A stretch of 64,000 bases of DNA from Tubulanus polymorphus. Taxonomy: Eukaryota; Animalia; Nemertea. Made by a program: the position numbers and the translations under genes. Positions 26,155-37,878 of this stretch are shown here, piece by piece; within the stretch, counting starts at the first letter, position 1, and every line of letters starts with the position of its first letter. A model generated the notes under the pieces. That model made no database searches, was not told the DNA's origin, and worked only from the letters and a program-made list of their open reading frames with translations. Location: positions 806,001-870,000 of the forward strand of contig NC_134027.1 in the NCBI RefSeq assembly GCF_964204645.1, given 5' to 3'.

Positions 26155-27530
26155 TCATTCTATCGCCAGTATTTTGTTATTTTCCGGCTGCATTTTTCAA
26201 TACAATTTAAAAAACAGATTTCGAGGTAATGGTTGACTTACCGTGGACGTTGCCATGACAACGGGCTGTTTCTGTCTCATTTTCTGAAGAAAAAAGAAAA
26301 AGGCAGAAAAATTAAAGATGAGAAAATTGTGTGTAAATGTAGGGGGCATTGCCCTGCGTCGGTGAAACAACAGGATGGTCCAGGGGTTACTTTAGCCAAT
26401 TTCTTTAGCCAATAACATTAAGACCAGTCTTAAGATTTAAGACAATTTTTTGAGCCCTTTCGTCACGACGTACAACTGGTGCTTGGCTGACGATGTACAT
26501 GAAATCAATCTGAGACTAATTCAGAGTTAGCGGCTACAATCTACATCGTTTTCACGGCATACATTCGATCAGATAGACAGCTTTAGCCGACCATGATGCT
26601 AGTTTGATATTTCGGTCAACGATTTCTAAATAGACACTTTGTGAAATAAATAGTATTTTCAATGTTTTGTGATAACGACATGAGAGACCATCATGAGAGC
26701 TGCACATTTATATATGCATGAATAGTGTTTATGTAATTGGTAATCGATGATGGCCAAACATAGAAATAAAATAAGTGTTACATTTATACCAATGGTTGTT
26801 TGTATTTTCAGAGAAAATTTTTCTTTTATCTATGAGTTAAATGAAATAGAATTGACATTTCACAGAAAATGAAGAGATTCTCCATAGGTATATACATCAT
26901 CGCGCATAAATACTGGATGGATCCTATTCTCGGTTTCTCGGTGTTATGAGTTTGACTTAACGCTGAGTTAAAAATAGATCATTTTAGATCATTTTCAATG
27001 TTTTAACTTTTAAGAGTCAGATCTTAACTCATAACTGTGAAACTGGATCCTTTAAACAATGTCTAGAAAGAAATACCAAGTCTAAGAAATCTTACAAACA
27101 AATTCACGCATTTTCTTTCCTGAGAATATATTTCAAATTGATAATCATAATGATAATATGACAAATCGACGGCCCATACGCGTTAAGATAAGCCTTCAAT
27201 CAAGCTCGGGTCGTCGCGATCATTGTCTTAATAGCAGAAACTATAAAAAATATTATTAGTAATTAATAAGTATTTTAGGATCATACCTTTTAATACATTT
27301 GTGACGTGTCAAAATTTTCCCGATCCGACGTTCAACACGCAACAGCCGAATACAACTTACTTAAGACAACGTCGAGTATTCTTTACTTATAACTAAGAGA
27401 GTCGGTTCTTAGTAATGAATGAAAGATATCATAGAAAGTTTTAATAATTCTCAGACAATCACGCGAAAAATACTATATAAACACACTCACAACAGAGCTG
27501 AGTTCCGATACAGAGATCTAGTTATTACGG
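26155..27530 (-). other. Putative spliced transcript with only a short ORF (MRQKQPVVMATSTPENNKILAIE*)
   Basis: Good splice sites define candidate exons ending at 27488 (GTGAGT), 27392-27361 (GTAAGT), 26283-26242 (GTAAGT) and an acceptor at 26187. No homology recognised. Confidence 0.3.
26249..26262. promoter_or_regulatory. RFX X-box-like palindrome
   Basis: GTTGCCATGACAAC is one mismatch from the consensus GTTGCCATGGCAAC. Confidence 0.35.
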
Positions 27531-30500
27531 CATTCAGTCACGCGATCCGGCCGCTTAAGGGGGTAGCTTCTAGCTACTGAAAAATAGCGAGTACCAAACA
27601 TACTCAGACTCGTATAGAAAAGGGTTCGCCGTTAGCGAGAATCTAATTTTACGATTGTATTGAGTAAAACAAGGCGGTTGAATACTGGGAATTGTTTTGT
27701 TACATCAGAACGACGCTTTCAGGTGTCAATAGATATCATTGGACTATTCACTGGCGAATTTAATTATAGTTAATTATGAGCACCGTCTTTCACGCGTCTT
27801 GAGTGTGTAATTGGGCTTGGCGATAGGAGGGGGTTTTACGAAGTGGCATTAATTTTTCAGGAAATCACCAGGAGTCCCCCCGAACCGTCCCGGGATCCCC
27901 TGGTCTGCCTTTAACATTTCTACGAATATCCACAAGTGCTTCTGGCTAAAATATACGCAGGGAGTGGAAGCTCCTGTTCCTCGTTAACGTGAAAATAGCT
28001 CGAAGACATTCCGGTAACGGTGAACGTGTCTACGCTAAATAAGGTCGTTAAGATTTCGATCGAAATAAGATAAAAGCCCGTTAGAAGTTTCAAGGAGAAT
28101 ATTCGTGGCAAATATCCCTTTCATCTATAGGTCAATTGGTATGATTTACTGCTCGGTTTCAAGAAAAAGATTTTATCCAAATAATTTTCTAAAAGTCTAC
28201 AGACTTATTAACTTATCATCATCGGTAAACAGATTTAAACAGATTAAAGACGAAATTTATTTATCAAATCAAAGATTAGAAAACACAATGTTTTGGACTC
28301 TCGCTAGAGACCATCATCAGGTTTATTTTTGAACTTTTGAATTTGTTGTAATAAAGTGGGTTTTAAATGAATCATCTATTCTCCATGTTTCGGTGTACCC
28401 GGCTATTACACTACTTTTTACTATTGTTTCGATAACTATTGTTACTATTTTCTCATAGATAATATTCATGAAAATGCACAGCTTTATTCCTGAAAGTCCC
28501 TACATAAATTACACTACTCACACATTGACAGGATGAAAGATGTAATTGAATGTTACGCGTATTGCTGTTATAAAGGTTGCTGCGAGGGCCACAGGCAATT
28601 CTCAAATTCGTGCTATTACGGCAATTTTCACAAGGCATTTGATCAATACATACATGTATATATTTGGTTATCGGATCAATTTGTTCCTTTAAATGATTTT
28701 CGGTTTTGTGTTGTTGCATGTCAAGCAAATCAACCGAATGCTAAATAAAGCATTGTCTTAAGGGTACACTATGTGTAAGCTATGTTCCCAGGCTTCTTAG
28801 GTCATATAGGGCCTAACTACAATATCATACTTGTGTCAACAGTGGTGGGATCCAGTTCCATAGTTTTGTGGGTATCCATTGACTTCGAATCCATTCCACT
28901 CATTGGAACGGGTTCTATTGGATCCGTTCTACAAGGAGCCATCTTCGGGAAATGATCTTAAAGTGATTTGTCTTCATTCTGTGAGGAAATTCTATTCAAT
29001 TCTATATTCTTTTCTATACGAGTCGTCACGTGTTAGACAATCGAGTTCGCACATTTTCAATCACGACATACAAATATTGATCGATCAAGTTTGAATCGAA
29101 CGCAAATAACGGTCACCCGCCAATTTAAATATTCATGACGTAAAAGTGGTCAATCCTGGGAAAACTATTAGAAATCGAGAACAAACATTATATAACGCAC
29201 CAGGTTGAGAATGTGTCATTTAATTTGAAAGTTTGAATCGCTCGAAACCTATTTTGAAAAGGATGACATGGACGAATGTTGGTTTAAAGCTGACATGGCT
29301 CCCGGCAATGAGTAACTCAAACCGGCGTCAGCCACAAGCGAATGAACAAATTGTGGATGTCCGTTGTTCCTTGGAGTAATCAAATGATTAATTGTTTTAA
29401 GACGAATTCTGTTAGATTTGCAAAACCACAGCGTATTGCCCAATAAACTAAACCGTAAACTGTAAACTGCCAGGATTAAAGAATTTTGAAGAGTCAAACC
29501 TGATTTTGATTGTTTTCACGAATGATTCAAACGTCAACTTTTTAACGGTAACGTTGTATTAATATATTGAACAATGGAAATAAATCGTTTTTGAGCGTAA
29601 AACACTCGCACGAAACTGAATCTCTGTTCACTTGCCCATATGCTAAAAATTCCAATCTAAACAAAAGCCTTTTTCGGCGCATATTTCATCCATTATATAT
29701 AAAAAGTTGTCGCCGGCAAAGAACGTATCTTCAAGAGGTTTTTGAAGTGTTTCTCTGCGCCACCATAGTTCATACCCATCCAGTGAAATTGAATTCAGTA
29801 TTAAACAGGCTCGCATCCCTGTGATACCCCTATCACTATTATATCCAACCAATTTGAACATGTGCACTTCAAAACAAAATACGATTCGAATTAACACCAG
29901 GTGCAGTTCAAGTGCATCTCTATGGCTTTCTATTTTTTTCAATACATACATGAAAAATTGTAATTCAACTTACTATGAATTCACGTAGCTCTTAACAAAA
30001 TCTGTTATATTCTAGAAATCTCTTTCATTTATTATTTCAAAAGTTTCATCAACGTGAGATGTAGCGTTTATGGGCACAAACTCAAGGCACCACATCCACA
30101 TGTTGTGGTTATCGTTCTATCCACATGTTGTTCACAATTTTGTCCAAAAATGGCCCTACATAGGTTAGATACGATGTTCTGATAACCTTCATTTGCATAA
30201 TTAATACTTTTGTTCACTAAAAACTAACTGAGGAGAATGTTTTAAGTGAAATTGAAATTACTTAAAGACATCTCTAGAGACAAGGACCCAGTTTCACTCA
30301 AGTTTCGATCTATAAACCAATACCTGCATGGCCCATGTTATATCTCTTGAGCCAAAGTTCCCTCTTTGAATATGGAACTGCGTGATATGGTGTTCAGATG
30401 TTCGTTTTCCCTATAGCTGACATGTTTATCTCATCTTATTCTATAGACTTACTATATCATATCACTATTAGGCATATATAAGCATCGACTTAGGAGGGAT

Positions 30501-33412
30501 TAAGACGTAGCTTATCCCGACATCAGATCTACAGATAGGTAAATCTTCAATTCGCTTTTGGATAAATGAATATGCACGCGTATGCGTTGCTATAATAGGC
30601 AGATAATAATGAATTATTGAATATGAAGAGCTGACACAATTCACTATATTCTACCGGAGCCACTGTTTATTGATTTATTATACTACTTATTGTTTGTTAC
30701 TGCAATAATCAGCCTATACCCGAAACAGCGAACAACTAAGTTAGCTAAGATAGTCGCTAAACATCCTAGCAAGATACAATACACATTTGATGGTCCTAAG
30801 GGATTGGTTGAATAGATCAATCAAACACATCTGTAATTCGATTTCCGATTTCAAATTCAAACTTCGTATTTCGTTCCCTAAAGGTGTAACTGGTAAGTTT
30901 GCTAGAAACACCTTCAGTAGAAGTAAATCGAATCAGTCAACCAAATGAATAAGAGAGACATTTACCTATTCCGGGATTTTGAAAATCGTTGACAAACTGT
31001 GATAATAGGAGAGGTAAATTTTAAGATGTCCCCCCGTGAAGCGAGTAGGCTGCCTATTCTACATTTCACAGACACCTTGAAAACTTTATCATGAAAAATG
31101 ATATCGCGACTACAACCGTAGACAATCAGGTAAAAGTTTCCGAAATTATCTTTTAAAAAGCCTTTGATTTGAATAGAAAAGCCAATGTGACTTACCCAAA
31201 ATACGCGGTTAGATAATATCAATAATTTCTTGTCATATCCATAGAAAAACGTTGAGTATTTATTTATATAGGAGGTCTCCGCTGAATCTGCCTATGCGAG
31301 GTAGAGCTGACGGATACTTTCGATCTGTCAAAAGCTTTGAAGCGGTCGCTCTTTAAACGACTTTTTACAGCGCCTTAAGCGGCCGTTCGCAGCAACTCGG
31401 CGTCGCCGACCGCTCGACGGTCCAATCAGCGCGTCGCAAATATTAATCAGTCGCAATATTACAAAGGTTTGAATGGAACTTCACGCGGAGTTTGATTCTA
31501 CATCAATTAGACAGTAATGTATGATAGTATAGACAGACACTACTCGGCAACTCAGAATTGCACGCACCTCTTTTAGCACAAGTGTCAAATCGCTAATCAG
31601 AAAATTAGTAAATATTTAACTTCCGAGTGTCAACTCGATATCCGTTAAATATGACCTTCAAGTCGACATCCGTGGAGCGACTTGAACTTGGACGAGATGT
31701 GCCCAATTTTCTCAGCGGGACAGTCTTCAAGAGCATCAAACAATAGACTAGGTTTCGGAAGAAAAAATCTCCTCCCGTGAGATAATCGTTTAACTATTGC
31801 TCGATTGGTGTCGAGTTTGAAATAACAAAAACTCAGTTTGCTATTTTTAAAGAAAGAGTTAATCGTTTAATTGCAAACGGGGTCCAAAACAGGAAGAGAA
31901 CGCCGCTGAGATTGCGCAGCTATGTTTAGGCTATTACTTAAAGGACAAACTGTTCAAGGACCCTGAAGAGTCCCTACGTCACTATTTACAGATGAAATTC
32001 GGTAAAACCGATTTAGCAATCACTTTCGACTTCTCTATCAATCGCTAAATTGAAAGGAATTAATGAATTAGATATATAATCAAGTTAGTTACTCTATACA
32101 GATTTTAGTTTTTTAAACAATGTTGTCAAACGCCTTAGTATTGGATGAAGTCTTCAAAGCGTGATAGAGTGACAAGAGATTGTTTATGATATTACGTGCA
32201 TTTGTTAAGTCTACTTTAAACTGTCCTTCATCTGACCATGGACGTATCTAGTTTATACGTCCATGGTCTGACTTAGATATTCAAATACATGCTGGACATG
32301 TATTGAATGGTTAATTAAATAGCGTTGAAGAATCTGATTAGCCTTGAAACGCTTTGTTGAAGTCTACAAAACAATCTAATAGATAAGATTTCGATTTTGC
32401 TTCAATCGTACGAAGATCATTTTCTGAAATATATGTCAGCCAAATCTCTACCAAAAACACGCTATTTTTCATCATCCTAGCTATGAGGAAAATGTTTGTG
32501 TCCATGTTGTCATCCGTAGTAGCTTCACCAGCGTCGATGAAAGTACGAATTGTCGAATGACCTATTGTTTTTTGTCGAATCGCGGTTGGATATTTTCCTC
32601 ACCGATACAAACTCTCATTCTTCTGCAATATTCGTAAATTGAATCTGAACAAATATATACAAACACAGACATCGGGATTACGTGTTATTCGTACTTGCAT
32701 TGATTACTTTCAAATGCTGTGTTGCACTGTTGAGACGGTCAGTCCAGTAGCTCCACAGGGAAGGGTACAAACCATCATCCAATTAGCAAACCAACCAATA
32801 TAACTTATACTAAATGCGATTCATGCAATCTAATTATGATTAATATAGAAAATGAATTTTCACAGTTTTCTATTGTTAGAAAATCAATGCTTTTCTCGTT
32901 TAAATATTAAAGATTTAGCTTTGTACGTATCTGATGTGAAAGAGGATTCGCGTTGTACGGTTTCTAAGTGGCTCTCACAACCGCAAATCTGATCTGAAGT
33001 ACGTTGTTACTTTGCAGTTTAATTGACGAAGTGCCATTGTGTTTGTGTTTGACTTATTTATTGATGCTATGAAATTGCGGTTGTGGTACTGTAAAAAAAG
33101 CAATGATGATTTCATCAATTCAACGTCGATGTGCGGCTCACGGGGATCTAACAAAACTATTAACAGTATAATATAATTTATTTGTATGAAAAAATTGTTT
33201 TCTATTTTGTAAAATATTTCATGTGTAAGTTAACAAATCATTACAACTATTATCTTTGATTCCTGGCAGAATTAATGGTGATTTTAAACGAACATCTTTA
33301 TTTCTAGGGCTACAGGCAGTTTTTTACCATTGATGAAAATATTCTGTCCGTTGTAAAGATGATAATAAAATCTGACAATAAGAATGATAAGAGTCCGAAA
33401 TGTTCCTATGAA

Positions 33413-33456
33413 TATTCCCGAAGATGACTATTAGGATAAAGTCGAAACGTCGAATA
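33413..33456 (+). ncRNA. Minimal type-I hammerhead ribozyme motif of Penelope-like element type (U4>C variant)
   Basis: Stem I TATTC/GAATA; core CCGAAGA-T; stem II GACT/AGTC; GAAA; palindromic ACGT stem III; GUC cleavage triplet at 33449-33451. Confidence 0.7.
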
Positions 33457-35510
33457 AACTACAAACTCGAGGAAACATTTCGGTTTATTTGATGGAATTT
33501 CTCTTGATTTTATGAGAAGATTTTATTGCATATATCTGAACGGAAGCCCGGCCCTATTTATAACTCTCCATAGAAACAGCCCATTGAAATACATCTTCTA
33601 TTCATGCTATATCATATCTATAAATCTATACATAACTCGCATATCTACAAATCATATAAATTACTCCAAGTAAATCGTGTATGACCGACGTCAATTATGA
33701 GTGCAGGTCTTTATTAGACATATTTAATTGATGCACAAAAGAACCTGCTTCCGTCACCTTTCTAGAAATTAGTTTTATTTCCTGGTTGCGCCCATGATCG
33801 CCGTCATTATAAAACAAATAATCGTTGAGATAGAGTAAACCGGTATTTATACATCAAAACAGGTCGCGGCGCATAGAAACATTTATCAGATTCAGATGAA
33901 AATGAAATCAACCCAAACAGGAATGAGAATGCGGAATACCAAGACATTGTACACAGTCATGCGACAATAGTATTTATTGCCTTGAAGTTTTCACAATTTA
34001 GCCCAGGACCAAATTTCACAAAAAGGATCAACTCCTAAATCGATTGAAAACTGAATCAAGAAGAAATCAAATAGTTTTTTTTTTATAAATTGTACCCTGA
34101 ACTACAGAACCAAATCTACTTGAACATAAAGATCAGAATGGTTTTTGAAGACTCGTTTTTATATGTAACGAAATAGATTAACTTTCTAGCTGAAATACTT
34201 ACAACAGTTCCGTTGCCCATCTCGCCTGCAAATACCACCAGCAAAATCAACGAAGGCATGTTATATTTCTGAATATATATATACTTGATACACTTAACTG
34301 TACGAATTATTTATGAAGTTTTAACTGATAGCCTCTAAAAATGCGCTAGCTGCAAATATAGGAAAGTGCAATAAAAATGTGTCAAATGGTGCTTGTATTA
34401 AATTTTTGCGCATAAAAGACGTCACTGTTAGAATCTATGAAATGTCACTATAGTAATATCTATATCTCGCGATGTGCAGATTTTGATTAGGGGGACAGGA
34501 AATATCTCCTTACAACAAATATATAGCTAGGAAACTGCGGGCTTGAAACCGCTCGTGAAAACCAGCCTTAATCAATATGTCATTAAAACGCCATTTCGAG
34601 ATGATTGTATGTTACTCGGGGATACGAAAGCAGGCTATAAAAACTTACAAACACTCGTGAAATCTTAAATTGAACCCGAGACATAAAGTTCTAAAGGTCA
34701 CTGATCGGGCGGATGGGATATTTCGGTGATGGACAGACGCGTTACTAGTTAGATAATGAACAAACGTTGTTGTGTGTTTAGGGAGAAGCCGGGCATCGGA
34801 TTCACGATGGAGAAAAGGCTATAAAATCATGTTAAGTATGGGTTTAACAAAGTGGTGACGACTCGTTAAATCTACAAATAACAGCTGCCGAATTGTTTGC
34901 AGAAACTATTGGTCTATAGAAATACTATAGTTCAATATAATACAACCGTTTGATAGGACACACGATTTAAGAGTCACAAAACGATGTGAAATCCACTCAG
35001 AGAATGTCGTTCACACTTTTTAATGTAGATTCTATGATGACCGGATCGACAAACAACACTTGAAATACGTCCAATTCTAATCCTATTTGATAGTCTGAAA
35101 TATAGTTAGACTTTACACAGAAAGTCAATATAGTTTAGCAGGACAAAAATCAAGGGATTTACATTTTGTTTATGTGTAGGTTTTGATGTGAAACATCAAA
35201 CCCAGTTCCACCGTTAAAATTCGACTCTAGACTTAAAAAATTTGGAATCAACAAGTTTTATTTGTACAGTCAGAATTAAATGACACCCCTGCAGGCGTTT
35301 GGTTGGTTAACTTCGACTCTAAGTTATACAGTTCTTATTAATCGTAATTAGTTCATTAACAACCAGTAACTTGGAGGAGCCTCGAAGGATGAATGGAACT
35401 ATGAATGGAAAGTAAAATTCGGACAGAAAGCTTTCGTTTTTATTATTCACGTTCTTCAAGATAATCAATCGTTATCAAGGACAATTTGCATTGATTACGG
35501 ATCTGGAATC

Positions 35511-35655
35511 CTGTTGCACAGTCGCGACTCCGACTTAACGACTGTTGAGGTCTGTCAAAGACTGGTCTTAACTTGTCTGACTAGATATTGAATTAGTATA
35601 TACGGGCTCATGCTGGTCTTAAATCTAAGCCGTGACTATGATTGAACTAGGCCCA
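35511..35655. mobile_element. Diverged copy of the GGCCAGTTGCACAGTC-type MITE
   Basis: Ends CCTGTTGCACAGTCGCGACT and AAGCCGTGACTATG...AACTAGGCC, with internal GACTGGTCTTAA; similar to 40383-40518. Confidence 0.65.
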
Positions 35656-35868
35656 GATCCACAGTTTTAAATCAGTTCATGTATTGTTATTAAGCGAACA
35701 GGTCCCAGTTCCGCAGTTCCAGAGAATCTTATGATCCTTTTAGCCAAATTCCAACGATGGAATTCTGAACTCAATTAGTAAGGATGCATAGCTAAGAGGT
35801 TCATGTTCATTCTTCCGTGCTTCGGATCCTGGTTAACCACAGGTTGTCAAGATTGCTGGATTTTAAGA

Positions 35869-36780
35869 CTATTTCCACATGTACGGATAATCCATTTCTG
35901 ACGAAGACTGAAATCTTTTCGCTTTCGGGCGCAGATATCTGATGTGTTTAAAATCGACCCATTCCGCTCTCGTCAGGGGGCGCTGCTGAGGCAACGGTTT
36001 CGAGAAATCTCGCGCTTTCAACGGAGTCGGTTTACACGAGTGAATAGGTGGCAGCACCATCGGCGTCAGGTATCGTTTCGTATCCGATTTGAATCGATTA
36101 ACGAAAGTTCCATCCGGGTTCTTTTCGAAGAGACCGTCGAAAGTGAAGGACGACATCCGGGGATCTACGATGAGCGACTCGTTCGTATAAACTCTACTGG
36201 CCTGTCGTCTGTTCCGGAACGGCCCCGAACTGTGATGATTGTATCGATCCCCAAGTCGTTCCTGCATGAACTGAAACAGTCTACGTTCGTTTTCGGTCAT
36301 TTCGTCTTGATTAGTTAAACTGCTGGCTCGTTTCCTACAGATCAACTGATCTCCGGCCAAGTCGACCATATACAGCGGTTCCTTATTCGTAAAACTCGGT
36401 TGTCGATCGAGTTGACGCGCCCGAACTTTAACCGGCGGTGGAGTACGTCTACTTCCTGAAACGAGGCTGTTACTGGACCGGATGCTCTCCTCCAGTTCCG
36501 GTTCATCCTCGTCCAGCGACCCCATGCGGTGGTTATTGTAAGTGTGCCGTTTTTGTCTGGCGCCGGTTGGAAAGACTATTTCAGTTTCATCCCGCGACGA
36601 GTTGAAACGATTAATCAGTGAAGCCCGTCTGCCCGGATTCTGTTGATCGCCGGGTCCTGATAGTTTTTTAGTATCGTTACCATTTGACATCTTTTTCAAG
36701 CGACTTTTATTTTGTTGCATGGCTGTGGTAACGATATTAGCGAAACCGTGCCTCTTATTGTTAGTTTTATCCAAATCCAT
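35869..36780 (-). CDS. Uncharacterised, largely disordered basic protein (303 aa, single-exon ORF)
   Basis: ATG-initiated 303-codon ORF, GC-richer than its flanks. RRAS/KRAS-type phosphosite motifs and a C-terminal LPPI...W-D-KHIRYLR segment. Confidence 0.8.
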   Translation of the reverse strand: MDLDKTNNKRHGFANIVTTAMQQNKSRLKKMSNGNDTKKLSGPGDQQNPGRRASLINRFNSSRDETEIVFPTGARQKRHTYNNHRMGSLDEDEPELEESIRSSNSLVSGSRRTPPPVKVRARQLDRQPSFTNKEPLYMVDLAGDQLICRKRASSLTNQDEMTENERRLFQFMQERLGDRYNHHSSGPFRNRRQASRVYTNESLIVDPRMSSFTFDGLFEKNPDGTFVNRFKSDTKRYLTPMVLPPIHSCKPTPLKARDFSKPLPQQRPLTRAEWVDFKHIRYLRPKAKRFQSSSEMDYPYMWK

Positions 36781-37297
36781 AATCGCCGTTTGAGAGTCTT
36801 TACACAGTAATATCGAAATAACTTGAGAATATCAAATCCCGGAATTTTCAGCTCACAATATCCGATATATCAGAATTTTAGAATGTTTTCTAAATTCTAC
36901 ACTTTCGAAATAGGATTTGTTTGAAACTAGCTAATCCTATACTGTGTGTAATAAACCAGACGAGTATTTGTACTGATATCATACTCGGAACGCGTGCGTT
37001 CTACTGATGTTTGTTTTAGGTAAGAAATGATAAACTTCTAGGTTATTCAATACACGAGTTGATATTCTGAAGTGCAAAATAAATATCTAATATCTAAGAC
37101 ACGAGACATAGTATATTAATACAATACCCATGACGTATAGAAGCAGATACGTGGTGGACATGAAATGACAAACTCATTATATTTATCTCCTACGAAAGCG
37201 TTCAAAATAATCGTGGATCTATGAGTCAAATTAAGGCCATTTTAATTTTTAGGCAGTTTCAATCCGATGACTGGATCCTCGGAATTAGAAACTGACA

Positions 37298-37600
37298 GTG
37301 GGTATAGTCACCACAGAGCTCATTGGTCAAACTTCTATACTCAGTCAAGCGCAACAGCTCACTGGTCACCATAGTGGGGATAGTCACCACAGAGCTCATT
37401 GGTCAAACTTCTATACTCAGTCAAGCGCAACAGCTCACTGGTCACCATAGTGGGGATAGTCACCACAGAGCTCATTGGTCAAACTTCTATACTCAGTCAA
37501 GCGCAACAGCTCACTGGTCACCATAGTGGGGATAGTCACCACAGAGCTCATTGGTCAAACTTCTATACTCAGTCAAGCGCAACAGCTCACTGGTCACCAC
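37298..37600. repeat. 76-bp minisatellite, 4 near-identical copies
   Basis: GTGGG(G/T)ATAGTCACCACAGAGCTCATTGGTCAAAC...CACTGGTCACCA unit repeats every 76 bp. Confidence 0.95.
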
Positions 37601-37638
37601 TGACCATTAAACACATTTACAAACTCTGTTGATCACTA

Positions 37639-37851
37639 CAGCTCAGTGGTCTAGAGGTTAGGACAGTGCACTGACAAATAACAGGCCCAGGTTCAAATCC
37701 CGGGTGTCCAGAATCGAGGGTTAGGTTTCCGGGCCCACTGTTAGTTTTGCGAGCCTTATACTGCTTTTACTAATATAGCCTGCCCTGGAGGTTCCCTGGA
37801 GCTGCTCTGAAACAGAGTCTAAGTAACTGAACTTAAAGCTTTTAATCAATC
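37639..37851 (+). mobile_element. tRNA-derived SINE-like element
   Basis: A box TGGTCTAGAGGTTAGG and B box GGTTCAAATCC, no pairing acceptor stem, body ends in AATCAATC. Confidence 0.6.
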
Positions 37852-37878
37852 TTTTCATGTGTTTATTACTGAACGTCA

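Noticed and set aside
28533-28748. Cys-rich 71-aa toxin-like ORF
   Set aside because: No signal peptide, no recognisable framework and no supporting exon structure.
32400-34270. Minus-strand mini-gene (MPSLILLVVFAGEMGNGTV exon at about 34203-34268)
   Set aside because: Plausible splice sites, but I could not find an extended open downstream exon.
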